Source: Eledone cirrhosa
Lineage: Eukaryota
Reading direction: 5' to 3'
Assembly (NCBI GenBank): GCA_964016885.1
Contig: OZ024740.1
Location: forward strand, 5,952,001-6,016,000
Length of the DNA: 64,000 nucleotides
How positions within the stretch are numbered: position 1 is the first letter of the stretch; every line of letters begins with the position of its first letter. Position numbers and translations under genes: made by a program. The notes below the pieces were generated by a model. It worked only from the letters and a program-made list of their open reading frames with translations, ran no database searches and was not told the DNA's origin. Shown piece after piece: positions 1 to 15,000 of this stretch.

Positions 1-3000
1 AGTGTAGTGTCATGTTGAGATAGTATATAGTGTAGTGTTGTGTTAAGATAGTATATACTGCAGTGTAATGTTGAGATAGTATATAGTGTAGTGTCATGTT
101 GAGATAGTATATAGTGTAGTGTCATTTTGAGATAGTATATACTGTAGTGTCATGTTGAGATAGTATATACTGTAGTGTCACGTTGAGATTGTATATAGTG
201 TAGTGTTGTGTTAAGATAGTATATAGTGTAGTGTCATGTTGAGATAGTATATAGTGTAGTGTCATGTTGAGATAGTATATAGTGTAGTGTCATGTTGAGA
301 TAGTATATAGTGTAATGTCATGTTGAGATAGTATATAGTGTAGTGTCGTGTTGAGATAGTATATAGTGTAGTGTCACGTTGAGATAGTATATAGTGTAGT
401 GTCATGTTGAGATAGTATATAGTGTAGTGTCATTTTGAGATAGTATATAGTGTAGTGTCATGTTGAGATAGTATATAGTGTAGTGTCATGTTGAGATAGT
501 ATATAGTGTAGTGTCATTTTGAGATAGTATATAGTGTAGTGTCATGTTGAGATAGTATATAGTGTAGTGTCATGTTGAGATAGTATATAGTGTATGGTCA
601 CGTTGAGATAGTATATACTATAGACTCATGTTGAGATAGTATATACTGTAGTGTCATGTTGACATAGTATATAGTGTAGTGTTACACTGAGATAGTATAT
701 AGTGTAGTGTCATGTTGAGATAGTATATAGTGTAGTGTTACACTGAGATAGTATATAGTGTAGTGTCATGTTGAGATAGTATATACTGTAGTGTCATGTT
801 GAGATAGTATATACTGTAGTGTCATGTTGAGATAGTATATACTGTAGGGTCATGTTGAGATAGTATATACTGTAGGGTCATGTTGAGATAGTATATACTG
901 TAGTGTGATGTTAAGATGGTATATAGTGTAGTGTCATGTTGAGATAGTATATAGTGTAGTGTCATGTTGAGATAGTATATAGTGTAGTGTCATGTTGAGA
1001 TAGTATATAGTGTAGTGTTACACTGAGATAGTATATAGTGTAGTGTCATGTTGAGATAGTATATACTGTAGTGTCATGTTGAGATAGTATATAGTGTAGT
1101 GTCATGTTGAGATAGTATATAGTGTAGTGCCACGTTGAGATAGTATATAGTGTAGTGTCGTGTTGAGATAGTATATAGTGTAGTGTCATGTTGAGATAGT
1201 ATATTGTGTAGTGTCATGTTGAGATAGTATATAGTGTAGTGCCACGTTGAGATAGTATATAGTGTAGTGTCGTGTTGAGATAGTATATAGTGTAGTGTCA
1301 TGTTGAGATAGTATATAGTGTAGTGTCATGTTGAGATAGTATATAGTGTAGTGTCATGTTGAGATAGTATATAGTGTAGTGTCATGTTGAGATAGTATAG
1401 AGTGTAGTGTCATGTTGAGATAGTATATACTGTAGTGACATCTTGAGATAGTATATAGTGTAGTGACATGTTGAGATAGTATATAGTGTAGTGTCATGTT
1501 GAGATAGTATATACTGTAGTGTCATGTTGAGATAGTATATACTGTAGTGACGTGTTGAGATTGTATATAGTGTAGTGTCATGTTGAGATAGTATATAGTG
1601 TAGTGTCATGTTGAGATAGTATATACTGTAGTGTCACGTTGAGATAGTATATAGTGTAGTGTCATGTTGAGATAGTATATAGTGTAGTGTCATGTTGAGA
1701 TAGTATATAGTGTAGTGTCGTGTTGAGATAGTATATACTGTAGTGTCGTGTTGAGATAGTATATAGTGTAGTGTCATGTTGAGATAGTATATAGTGTAGT
1801 GTCATGTTGAGATAGTATATAGTGTAGTGACATGTTGAGATAGTATATAGTGTAGTGTCGTGTTGAGATAGTATATAGTGTAGTGTCGTGTTGAGATAGT
1901 ATATAGTGTAGTGTCATGTTGAGATAGTATAGAGTGTAGTGTCATGTTGAGATAGTATATACTGTAGTGACATCTTGAGATAGTATATAGTGTAGTGACA
2001 TGTTGAGATAGTATATAGTGTAGTGTCATGTTGAGATAGTATATAGTGTCGTGTCACGTTGAGATAGTATATACTGTAGTGTCGTGTTGAGATAGTATAT
2101 AGTGTAGTGTCATGTTGAGATAGTATATAGTGTAGTGACATGTTGAGATAGTATATAGTGTAGTGTCGTGTTGAGATAGTATATAGTGTAGTGTGATGTT
2201 GAGATAGTATATACTATAGACTCATGTTGAGATAGTATATACTGTAGTGTCATGTTGACATAGTATATAGTGTAGTGTTACACTGAGATAGTATATAGTG
2301 TAGTGTCATGTTGAGATAGTATATAGTGTAGTGTTACACTGAGATAGTATATAGTGTAGTGTCATGTTGAGATAGTATATACTGTAGTGTCATGTTGAGA
2401 TAGTATATACTGTAGTGTCATGTTGAGATAGTATATACTGTAGGGTCATGTTGAGATAGTATATACTGTAGGGTCATGTTGAGATAGTATATACTGTAGT
2501 GTGATGTTAAGATGGTATATAGTGTAGTGTCATGTTGAGATAGTATATAGTGTAGTGTCATGTTGAGATAGTATATAGTGTAGTGTCATGTTGAGATAGT
2601 ATATAGTGTAGTGTTACACTGAGATAGTATATAGTGTAGTGTCATGTTGAGATAGTATATACTGTAGTGTCATGTTGAGATAGTATATAGTGTAGTGTCA
2701 TGTTGAGATAGTATATAGTGTAGTGCCACGTTGAGATAGTATATAGTGTAGTGTCGTGTTGAGATAGTATATAGTGTAGTGTCATGTTGAGATAGTATAT
2801 TGTGTAGTGTCATGTTGAGATAGTATATAGTGTAGTGCCACGTTGAGATAGTATATAGTGTAGTGTCGTGTTGAGATAGTATATAGTGTAGTGTCATGTT
2901 GAGATAGTATATAGTGTAGTGTCATGTTGAGATAGTATATAGTGTAGTGTCATGTTGAGATAGTATATAGTGTAGTGTCATGTTGAGATAGTATAGAGTG

Positions 3001-6000
3001 TAGTGTCATGTTGAGATAGTATATACTGTAGTGACATCTTGAGATAGTATATAGTGTAGTGACATGTTGAGATAGTATATAGTGTAGTGTCATGTTGAGA
3101 TAGTATATACTGTAGTGTCATGTTGAGATAGTATATACTGTAGTGACGTGTTGAGATTGTATATAGTGTAGTGTCATGTTGAGATAGTATATAGTGTAGT
3201 GTCATGTTGAGATAGTATATACTGTAGTGTCACGTTGAGATAGTATATAGTGTAGTGTCATGTTGAGATAGTATATAGTGTAGTGTCATGTTGAGATAGT
3301 ATATAGTGTAGTGTCGTGTTGAGATAGTATATACTGTAGTGTCGTGTTGAGATAGTATATAGTGTAGTGTCATGTTGAGATAGTATATAGTGTAGTGTCA
3401 TGTTGAGATAGTATATAGTGTAGTGACATGTTGAGATAGTATATAGTGTAGTGTCGTGTTGAGATAGTATATAGTGTAGTGTCGTGTTGAGATAGTATAT
3501 AGTGTAGTGTCATGTTGAGATAGTATAGAGTGTAGTGTCATGTTGAGATAGTATATACTGTAGTGACATCTTGAGATAGTATATAGTGTAGTGACATGTT
3601 GAGATAGTATATAGTGTAGTGTCATGTTGAGATAGTATATAGTGTCGTGTCACGTTGAGATAGTATATACTGTAGTGTCGTGTTGAGATAGTATATAGTG
3701 TAGTGTCATGTTGAGATAGTATATAGTGTAGTGACATGTTGAGATAGTATATAGTGTAGTGTCGTGTTGAGATAGTATATAGTGTAGTGTGATGTTGAGA
3801 TAGTATATAGTGTAGTGTCATTTTGAGATAGTATATACTGTAGTGTCGTGTTGAGATAGTATATAGTGTAGTGTCGAGTTGAGATAGTATATAGTGTAGT
3901 GTCATGTTGAGATAGTATATAGTGTAGTGTCATGTTGAGATAGTATATACTGTAGTGTCATGTTGAGATAGTATATAGTGTAGTGTCATGTTGAGATAGT
4001 ATATAGTGTAGTGACATGTTGAGATAGTATATAGTGTAGTGTCATGTTGAGATAGTATATAGTGTAGTGTCGTGTTGAGATAGTATATAGTGTAGTGTCA
4101 TGTTGAGATAGTATATAGTGTAGTGTCGTGTTGAGATAGTATATAGTGTAGTGTCATGTTGAGATAGTATATAGTGTAGTGTCGTGTTGAGATAGTATAT
4201 AGTGTAGTGTCATGTTGAGATAGTATATAGTGTAGTGTCATTTTGAGATAGTATATAGTGTAGTGTCATGTTGAGATAGTATATAGTGTAGTGACATGTT
4301 GAGATAGTATATAGTGTAGTGTCGTGTTGAGATAGTATATAGTGTAGTGTCGTGGTGAGATAGTATATACTGTAGTGTCATGTTGAGATAGTATATAGTG
4401 TAGTGTCATGTTGAGATAGTATATAGTGTAGTGACATGTTGAGATAGTATATAGTGTAGTGTCATGTTGAGATAGTATATAGTGTAGTGTCGTGTTGAGA
4501 TAGTATATAGTGTAGTGTCATGTTGAGATAGTATATAGTGTAGTGTCATTTTGAGATAGTATATAGTGTAGTGTCATGTTGAGATAGTATATAGTGTAGT
4601 GACATGTTGAGATAGTATATAGTGTAGTGTCGTGTTGAGATAGTATATAGTGTAGTGTCGTGGTGAGATAGTATATAGTGTAGTGTCTTGTTGAGATAGT
4701 ATATACTGTAGTGTCATGTTGAGAAAGTATATACTGTAGTGACATGTTGAGATAGTATATAGTGTAGTGTCATGTTGAGATAGTATATACTGTAGTGTCG
4801 TGTTGAGATAGTATATAGTGTAGTGTCATGTTGAGATAGTATATAGTGTAGTGTCATGTTGAGATAGTATATAGTGTAGTGACATGTTGAGATAGTATAT
4901 AGTGTAGTGTCGTGTTGAGATAGTATATAGTGTAGTGTCGTGTTGAGATAGTATATAGTGTAGTGTCATGTTGAGATAGTATATAGTGTAGTGACATGTT
5001 GAGATAGTATATACTGTAGTGTCACGTTGAGATAGTATATAGTGTAGTGTCATGTTGAGATAGTATATAGTGCACTGTCACGTTGAGATAGTATATACTA
5101 TAGCCTCATTTTGAGATAGTATATAGTGTAGTGTCATGTTGAGATAGTATATAGTGTAGTGTCATGTTGAGATAGTATATAGTGTAGTGTCATGTTGAGA
5201 TAGTATATAGTGTAGTGTCATGTTGAGATAGTATATTGTGTAGTGTCACGTTGAGATAGTATATAGTGTAGTGTCATGTTGAGATTGTATATAGTGTAGT
5301 GTCTTGTTGAGATAGTATATACTGTAGTGTCATGTTGAGATAGTATATACTGCAGTGTAATGTTGAGATAGTATATAGTGTAGTGTCATGTTGAGATAGT
5401 ATATAGTGTAGTGTCATTTTGAGATAGTATATACTGTAGTGTCATGTTGAGATAGTATATACTGTAGTGTCACGTTGAGATTGTATATAGTGTAGTGTTG
5501 TGTTAAGATAGTAGATACTGTAGTGTTATGTTGAGATAGTATATAGTGTAGTGTCATGTTGAGATAGTATATAGTGTAGTGTCATGTTGAGATAGTATAT
5601 AGTGTAGTGTCATGTTGAGATAGTATATACTGTAGTGTCGTGTTGAGATAGTATATAGTGTAGTGTCATGTTGAGATAGTATATAGTGTAGTGTCATTTT
5701 GAGATAGTATATAGTGTAGTGTCATGTTGAGATAGTATATAGTGTAGTGTTGTGTTAAGATAGTATATACTGCAGTGTAATGTTGAGATAGTATATAGTG
5801 TAGTGTCATGTTGAGATAGTATATAGTGTAGTGTCATTTTGAGATAGTATATACTGTAGTGTCATGTTGAGATAGTATATACTGTAGTGTCACGTTGAGA
5901 TTGTATATAGTGTAGTGTTGTGTTAAGATAGTATATACTGTAGTGTTATGTTGAGATAGTATATAGTGTAGTGTCATGTTGAGATAGTATATAGTGTAGT

Positions 6001-9000
6001 GTCATGTTGAGATAGTATATAGTGTAATGTCATGTTGAGATAGTATATAGTGTAGTGTCGTGTTGAGATAGTATATAGTGTAGTGTCACGTTGAGATAGT
6101 ATATAGTGTAGTGTCATGTTGAGATAGTATATAGTGTAGTGTCATTTTGAGATAGTATATAGTGTAGTGTCATGTTGAGATAGTATATAGTGTAGTGTCA
6201 TGTTGAGATAGTATATAGTGTAGTGTCATTTTGAGATAGTATATAGTGTAGTGTCATGTTGAGATAGTATATAGTGTAGTGTCATGTTGAGATAGTATAT
6301 AGTGTATGGTCACGTTGAGATAGTATATACTATAGACTCATGTTGAGATAGTATATACTGTAGTGTCATGTTGACATAGTATATAGTGTAGTGTTACACT
6401 GAGATAGTATATAGTGTAGTGTCATGTTGAGATAGTATATAGTGTAGTGTCATGTTGAGATAGTATATAGTGTAGTGTAATGTTGAGATAGTATATAGTG
6501 TAGTGTCATGTTGAGATAGTATATACTGTAGTGTCATGTTGAGATAGTATATACTTTAGTGTCATGTTGAGATAGTATATAGTGTAGTGTCGTGTTGAGA
6601 TAGTATATAGTGTAGTGTCATGTTGAGATAGTATATAGTGTAGTGTCATGTTGAGATAGTATATACTGTAGTGTAATGTTGAGATAGTATATAGTGTAGT
6701 GTCATGTTGAGATAGTATATACTGTAGTGTCATGTTGAGATAGTATATACTTTAGTGTCATGTTGAGATAGTATATAGTGTAGTGTCATGTTGAGATAGT
6801 ATATAGTGTAGTGTCATGTTGAGATAGTATATAGTGTAGTGTCATGTTGAGATAGTATATAGTGTAGTGTCGTGTTGAGATAGTATATACTGTAGTGTAA
6901 TGTTGAGATAGTATATAGTGTAGTGTCGTGTTGAGATAGTATATAGTGTAGTGTCATGTTGAGATAGTATATAGTGTAGTGACACACTGAGATAGTATAT
7001 AGAGTAGTGTCATGTTGAGATAGTATATAGTGTAGTGTCGTGTTGAGATAGTATATACTGTAGTGTAATGTTGAGATAGTATATAGTGTAGTGTCGTGTT
7101 GAGATAGTATATAGTGTAGTGTCATGTTGAGATAGTATATAGTGTAGTGACACACTGAGATAGTATATACTGTAGTGTAATGTTGAGATAGTATATAGTG
7201 TAGTGTCGTGTTGAGATAGTATATACTGTAGTGTAATGTTGAGATAGTATATAGTGTAGTGTCATGTTGAGATAGTATATAGTGTAGTGTCATGTTGAGA
7301 TAGTATATAGTGTAGTGACACACTGAGATAGTATATAGAGTAGTGTCATGTTGAGATAGTATATAGTGTAGTGTCGTGTTGAGATAGTATATAGTGTAGT
7401 GTCACACTGAGATAGTATATAGTGTAGTGTCACACTGAGATAGTATATAGTGTAGTGTCATGTTGAGATAGTATATAATGTAGTGTCTTGTTGAGATAGT
7501 ATATAGTGTAGTGTCACACTGAGATAGTATATAGTGTAGTGTCACACTGAGATAGTATATAGTGTAGTGTCATGTTGAGATAGTATATAGTGTAGTGTCA
7601 TGTTGAGATAGTATATAGTGTAGTGTCATGTTGAGAGAGTATATAGTGTAGTGTCATGTTGAGATAGTATATAGTGTAGTGTCATGTTGAGATAGTATAT
7701 AGTGTAGTGTCGTGTTGAGATAGTATATAGTGTAGTGTCACACTGAGATAGTATATAGTGTAGTGTCATGTTGAGATAGTATATAGTGTTGTGTCACACT
7801 GAGATATTATATACTGTAGTGTCATGTTGAGATAGTATATAGTGTAGTGTCACACTGAGATAGTATATACTGTAGTGTCATGTTGAGATAGTATATAGTG
7901 TAGTGTCATGTTGAGATAGTATTTTGTGTAGTGTCATTTTGAAATAGTATATAATGTAGAGTCATGTTGAAATAGTATATAGTGTTGTGTCACACTGAGA
8001 TATTATATACTGTAGTGTCATGTTGAGATAGTATATAGTGTAGTGTCACACTGAGATAGTATATAGTGTAGTGTCATGTTGAGATAGTATATACTGTAGT
8101 GTCATGTTGAGATAGTATATAGTGTAGTGTCATGTTGAGATAGTATATAGTGTAGTGTCATGTTGAGATAGTATATAGTGTAGTGTCATGTTGAGATAGT
8201 ATATACTGTAGTGTCGTGTTGAGATAGTATATAGTGTAGTGTCATGTTGAGATAGTATATAGTGTAGTGTCATGTTGAGATAGTATATAGTGTAGTGTCA
8301 TGTTGAGATAGTATATAGTGTAGTGTTGTGTTAAGATAGTATATAGTGTAGTGTCATGTTGAGATAGTATATAGTGTAGTGTCATTTTGAGATAGTATAT
8401 AGTGTAATGTCATGTTGAGATAGTATATAGTGTAGTGTCATGTTGAGATAGTATATAGTGTAGTGTCGAGTTGAGATAGTATATAGTGTAGTGTCATGTT
8501 GAGATAGTATATCGTGTAGTGTCATGTTGAGATAGTATATAGTGTAGTGTCGTGTTGAGATAGTATATAGTGTAGTGTCATGTTGAGATAGTATATAGTG
8601 TAGTGTCATGTTGAGATAGTATATAGTGTAGTGTTGTGTTAAGATAGTATATAGTGTAGTGTCATGTTGAGATAGTATATAGTGTAGTGTCATTTTGAGA
8701 TAGTATATAGTGTAATGTCATGTTGAGATAGTATATAGTGTAGTGTCATGTTGAGATAGTATATAGTGTAGTGTCGAGTTGAGATAGTATATAGTGTAGT
8801 GTCATGTTGAGATAGTATATCGTGTAGTGTCATGTTGAGATAGTATATAGTGTAGTGTGGTGTTGAGATAGTATATAGTGTAGTGTCATGTTGAGATAGT
8901 ATATAGTGTAGTGTCGTGTTGAGATAGTATATAGTGTATTGTCATGTTGAGATAGTATATAGTGTAGTGTCATTTTGAGATAGTATATAGTGTAATGTCA

Positions 9001-12000
9001 TGTTGAGATAGTATATAGTGTAGTGTCATGTTGAGATAGTATATAGTGTAGTGTCGAGTTGAGATAGTATATAGTGTAGTGTCATGTTGAGATAGTATAT
9101 CGTGTAGTGTCATGTTGAGATAGTATATAGTGTAGTGTGGTGTTGAGATAGTATATAGTGTAGTGTCATGTTGAGATAGTATATAGTGTAGTGTCGTGTT
9201 GAGATAGTATATAGTGTATTGTCATGTTGAGATAGTATATAGTGTAGTGTCATGTTGAGATAGTATATAGTGTAGTGTCATGTTGAGATAGTATATACTG
9301 TAGTGTCCTTGTTGAGATAGTATATAGTGTAGTGTCATGTTGAGATAGTATATAGTGTAGTGTCATTTTGAGATAGTATATAGTGTAGTGTCATGTTGAG
9401 ATAGTATATAGTGTAGTGTTGTGTTAAGATAGTATATACTGCAGTGTAATGTTGAGATAGTATATAGTGTAGTGTCATGTTGAGATAGTATATAGTGTAG
9501 TGTCATTTTGAGATAGTATATACTGTAGTGTCATGTTGAGATAGTATATACTGTAGTGTCACGTTGAGATTGTATATAGTGTAGTGTTGTGTTAAGATAG
9601 TATATAGTGTAGTGTCATGTTGAGATAGTATATAGTGTAGTGTCATGTTGAGATAGTATATAGTGTAGTGTCATGTTGAGACAGTATATAGTGTAATGTC
9701 ATGTTGAGATAGTATATAGTGTAGTGTCGTGTTGAGATAGTATATAGTGTAGTGTCACGTTGAGATAGTATATAGTGTAGTGTCATGTTGAGATAGTATA
9801 TAGTGTAGTGTCATTTTGAGATAGTATATAGTGTAGTGTCATGTTGAGATAGTATATAGTGTAGTGTCATGTTGAGATAGTATATAGTGTAGTGTCATTT
9901 TGAGATAGTATATAGTGTAGTGTCATGTTGAGATAGTATATAGTGTAGTGTCATGTTGAGATAGTATATAGTGTATGGTCACGTTGAGATAGTATATACT
10001 ATAGACTCATGTTGAGATAGTATATACTGTAGTGTCATGTTGACATAGTATATAGTGTAGTGTTACACTGAGATAGTATATAGTGTAGTGTCATGTTGAG
10101 ATAGTATATAGTGTAGTGTTACACTGAGATAGTATATAGTGTAGTGTCATGTTGAGATAGTATATACTGTAGTGTCATGTTGAGATAGTATATACTGTAG
10201 TGTCATGTTGAGATAGTATATACTGTAGGGTCATGTTGAGATAGTATATACTGTAGGGTCATGTTGAGATAGTATATACTGTAGTGTGATGTTAAGATGG
10301 TATATAGTGTAGTGTCATGTTGAGATAGTATATAGTGTAGTGTCATGTTGAGATAGTATATAGTGTAGTGTCATGTTGAGATAGTATATAGTGTAGTGTT
10401 ACACTGAGATAGTATATAGTGTAGTGTCATGTTGAGATAGTATATACTGTAGTGTCATGTTGAGATAGTATATAGTGTAGTGTCATGTTGAGATAGTATA
10501 TAGTGTAGTGCCACGTTGAGATAGTATATAGTGTAGTGTCGTGTTGAGATAGTATATAGTGTAGTGTCATGTTGAGATAGTATATTGTGTAGTGTCATGT
10601 TGAGATAGTATATAGTGTAGTGCCACGTTGAGATAGTATATAGTGTAGTGTCGTGTTGAGATAGTATATAGTGTAGTGTCATGTTGAGATAGTATATAGT
10701 GTAGTGTCATGTTGAGATAGTATATAGTGTAGTGTCATGTTGAGATAGTATATAGTGTAGTGTCATGTTGAGATAGTATAGAGTGTAGTGTCATGTTGAG
10801 ATAGTATATACTGTAGTGACATCTTGAGATAGTATATAGTGTAGTGACATGTTGAGATAGTATATAGTGTAGTGTCATGTTGAGATAGTATATACTGTAG
10901 TGTCATGTTGAGATAGTATATACTGTAGTGACGTGTTGAGATTGTATATAGTGTAGTGTCATGTTGAGATAGTATATAGTGTAGTGTCATGTTGAGATAG
11001 TATATACTGTAGTGTCACGTTGAGATAGTATATAGTGTAGTGTCATGTTGAGATAGTATATAGTGTAGTGTCATGTTGAGATAGTATATAGTGTAGTGTC
11101 GTGTTGAGATAGTATATACTGTAGTGTCGTGTTGAGATAGTATATAGTGTAGTGTCATGTTGAGATAGTATATAGTGTAGTGTCATGTTGAGATAGTATA
11201 TAGTGTAGTGACATGTTGAGATAGTATATAGTGTAGTGTCGTGTTGAGATAGTATATAGTGTAGTGTCGTGTTGAGATAGTATATAGTGTAGTGTCATGT
11301 TGAGATAGTATAGAGTGTAGTGTCATGTTGAGATAGTATATACTGTAGTGACATCTTGAGATAGTATATAGTGTAGTGACATGTTGAGATAGTATATAGT
11401 GTAGTGTCATGTTGAGATAGTATATAGTGTCGTGTCACGTTGAGATAGTATATACTGTAGTGTCGTGTTGAGATAGTATATAGTGTAGTGTCATGTTGAG
11501 ATAGTATATAGTGTAGTGACATGTTGAGATAGTATATAGTGTAGTGTCGTGTTGAGATAGTATATAGTGTAGTGTGATGTTGAGATAGTATATAGTGTAG
11601 TGTCATTTTGAGATAGTATATACTGTAGTGTCGTGTTGAGATAGTATATAGTGTAGTGTCGAGTTGAGATAGTATATAGTGTAGTGTCATGTTGAGATAG
11701 TATATAGTGTAGTGTCATGTTGAGATAGTATATACTGTAGTGTCATGTTGAGATAGTATATAGTGTAGTGTCATGTTGAGATAGTATATAGTGTAGTGAC
11801 ATGTTGAGATAGTATATAGTGTAGTGTCATGTTGAGATAGTATATAGTGTAGTGTCGTGTTGAGATAGTATATAGTGTAGTGTCATGTTGAGATAGTATA
11901 TAGTGTAGTGTCGTGTTGAGATAGTATATAGTGTAGTGTCATGTTGAGATAGTATATAGAGTAGTGTCGTGTTGAGATAGTATATAGTGTAGTGTCATGT

Positions 12001-15000
12001 TGAGATAGTATATAGTGTAGTGTCATTTTGAGATAGTATATAGTGTAGTGTCATGTTGAGATAGTATATAGTGTAGTGACATGTTGAGATAGTATATAGT
12101 GTAGTGTCGTGTTGAGATAGTATATAGTGTAGTGTCGTGGTGAGATAGTATATACTGTAGTGTCATGTTGAGATAGTATATAGTGTAGTGTCATGTTGAG
12201 ATAGTATATAGTGTAGTGACATGTTGAGATAGTATATAGTGTAGTGTCATGTTGAGATAGTATATAGTGTAGTGTCGTGTTGAGATAGTATATAGTGTAG
12301 TGTCATGTTGAGATAGTATATAGTGTAGTGTCATTTTGAGATAGTATATAGTGTAGTGTCATGTTGAGATAGTATATAGTGTAGTGACATGTTGAGATAG
12401 TATATAGTGTAGTGTCGTGTTGAGATAGTATATAGTGTAGTGTCGTGGTGAGATAGTATATAGTGTAGTGTCTTGTTGAGATAGTATATACTGTAGTGTC
12501 ATGTTGAGATAGTATATACTGTAGTGACATGTTGAGATAGTATATAGTGTAGTGTCATGTTGAGATAGTATATACTGTAGTGTCGTGTTGAGATAGTATA
12601 TAGTGTAGTGTCATGTTGAGATAGTATATAGTGTAGTGTCATGTTGAGATAGTATATAGTGTAGTGACATGTTGAGATAGTATATAGTGTAGTGTCGTGT
12701 TGAGATAGTATATAGTGTAGTGTCGTGTTGAGATAGTATATAGTGTAGTGTCATGTTGAGATAGTATATAGTGTAGTGACATGTTGAGATAGTATATACT
12801 GTAGTGTCACGTTGAGATAGTATATAGTGTAGTGTCATGTTGAGATAGTATATAGTGCAGTGTCACGTTGAGATAGTATATACTATAGCCTCATTTTGAG
12901 ATAGTATATAGTGTAGTGTCATGTTGAGATAGTATATAGTGTAGTGTCATGTTGAGATAGTATATAGTGTAGTGTCATGTTGAGATAGTATATAGTGTAG
13001 TGTCATGTTGAGATAGTATATTGTGTAGTGACATGTTGAGATAGTATATAGTGTAGTGTCGTGTTGAGATAGTATATAGTGTAGTGTCGTGTTGAGATAG
13101 TATATAGTGTAGTGTCATTTTGAGATAGTATATTGTGTAGTGTCATGTTGAGATAGTATATACTGTAGTGTCATGTTGAGATAGTATATAGTGTAGTGTC
13201 ACACTGAGATATTATATAGTGTAGTGTCATTTTGAGATAGTATATAGTGTAGTGTCATTTTGAGATAGTATATTGTGTAGTGTCATGTTGAGATAGTATA
13301 TACTGAAGTGTCATGTTGAGATAGTATATAGTGTAGTGTCATTTTGAGATAGTATATTGTGTAGTGTCATGTTGAGATAGTATATAGTGTAGTGTCGTGT
13401 TGAGATAGTATATAGTGTAGTGTCATGTTGAGATAGTATATAGTGTAGTGTCATGTTGAGATAGTATATGGTGTAGTGTCATTTTGAAATAGTATATTGT
13501 GTAGTGTCATGTTGAGATAGTATATAGTGTAGTGTCGTGTTGAGATAGTATATAGTGTAGCGTCGTGTTGAGATAGTATATTGTGTAGTTTCACACTGAG
13601 ATATTATATAGTGTAGTGTCGTGTTGAGATAGTATATAGTGTAGTGTCACACTGAGATATTATATACTGTAGTGTCGTGTTGAGATAGTATATAGTGTAG
13701 TGTCATGTTGAGATAGTATATAGTGTAGTGTCATGTTGAGATAGTATATAGTGTAGTGTCGTGTTGAGATAGTATATAGTGTAGTGTCAGGTTGAGATAG
13801 TATATAGTGTAGTGTCATGTTGAGATAGTATATGGTGTAGTGTCATTTTGAAATAGTATATTGTGTAGTGTCATGTTGAGATAGTATATAGTGTAGTGTC
13901 GTGTTGAGATAGTATATAGTGTAGTGTCGTGTTGAGATAGTATATTGTGTAGTTTCACACTGAGATATTATATAGTGTAGTGTCGTGTTGAGATAGTATA
14001 TAGTGTAGTGTCACACTGAGATATTATATACTGTAGTGTCGTGTTGAGATAGTATATAGTGTAGTGTCATGTTGAGATAGTATATAGTGTAGTGTCGTGT
14101 TGAGATAGTATATAGTGTAGTGTCATGTTGAGATAGTATATAGTGTAGTGTCATGTTGAGATAGTATATAGTGTAGTGACATGTTGAGATAGTATATAGT
14201 GTGGTGTCATGTTGAGATAGTGTATAGTGTAGTGTCGTGTTGAGATAGTATATAGTGTAGTGTCATGTTGAGATAGTATATAGTGTAGTGTCGTGTTGAG
14301 ATAGTATATAGTGTAGTGTCATGTTGAGATAGTATATAGTGTAGTGTCGTGTTGAGATAGTATATAGTGTAGTGTCATGTTGAGATAGTATATAGTGTAG
14401 TGTCATTTTGAGATAGTATATAGTGTAGTGTCATGTTGAGATAGTATATAGTGTAGTGACATGTTGAGATAGTATATAGTGTAGTGTCGTGTTGAGATAG
14501 TATATAGTGTAGTGTCGTGGTGAGATAGTATATACTGTAGTGTCATGTTGAGATAGTATATAGTGTAGTGTCATGTTGAGATAGTATATAGTGTAGTGAC
14601 ATGTTGAGATAGTATATAGTGTAGTGTCATGTTGAGATAGTATATAGTGTAGTGTCGTGTTGAGATAGTATATAGTGTAGTGTCATGTTGAGATAGTATA
14701 TAGTGTAGTGTCATTTTGAGATAGTATATAGTGTAGTGTCATGTTGAGATAGTATATAGTGTAGTGACATGTTGAGATAGTATATAGTGTAGTGTCGTGT
14801 TGAGATAGTATATAGTGTAGTGTCGTGGTGAGATAGTATATAGTGTAGTGTCTTGTTGAGATAGTATATACTGTAGTGTCATGTTGAGATAGTATATACT
14901 GTAGTGACATGTTGAGATAGTATATAGTGTAGTGTCATGTTGAGATAGTATATACTGTAGTGTCGTGTTGAGATAGTATATAGTGTAGTGTCATGTTGAG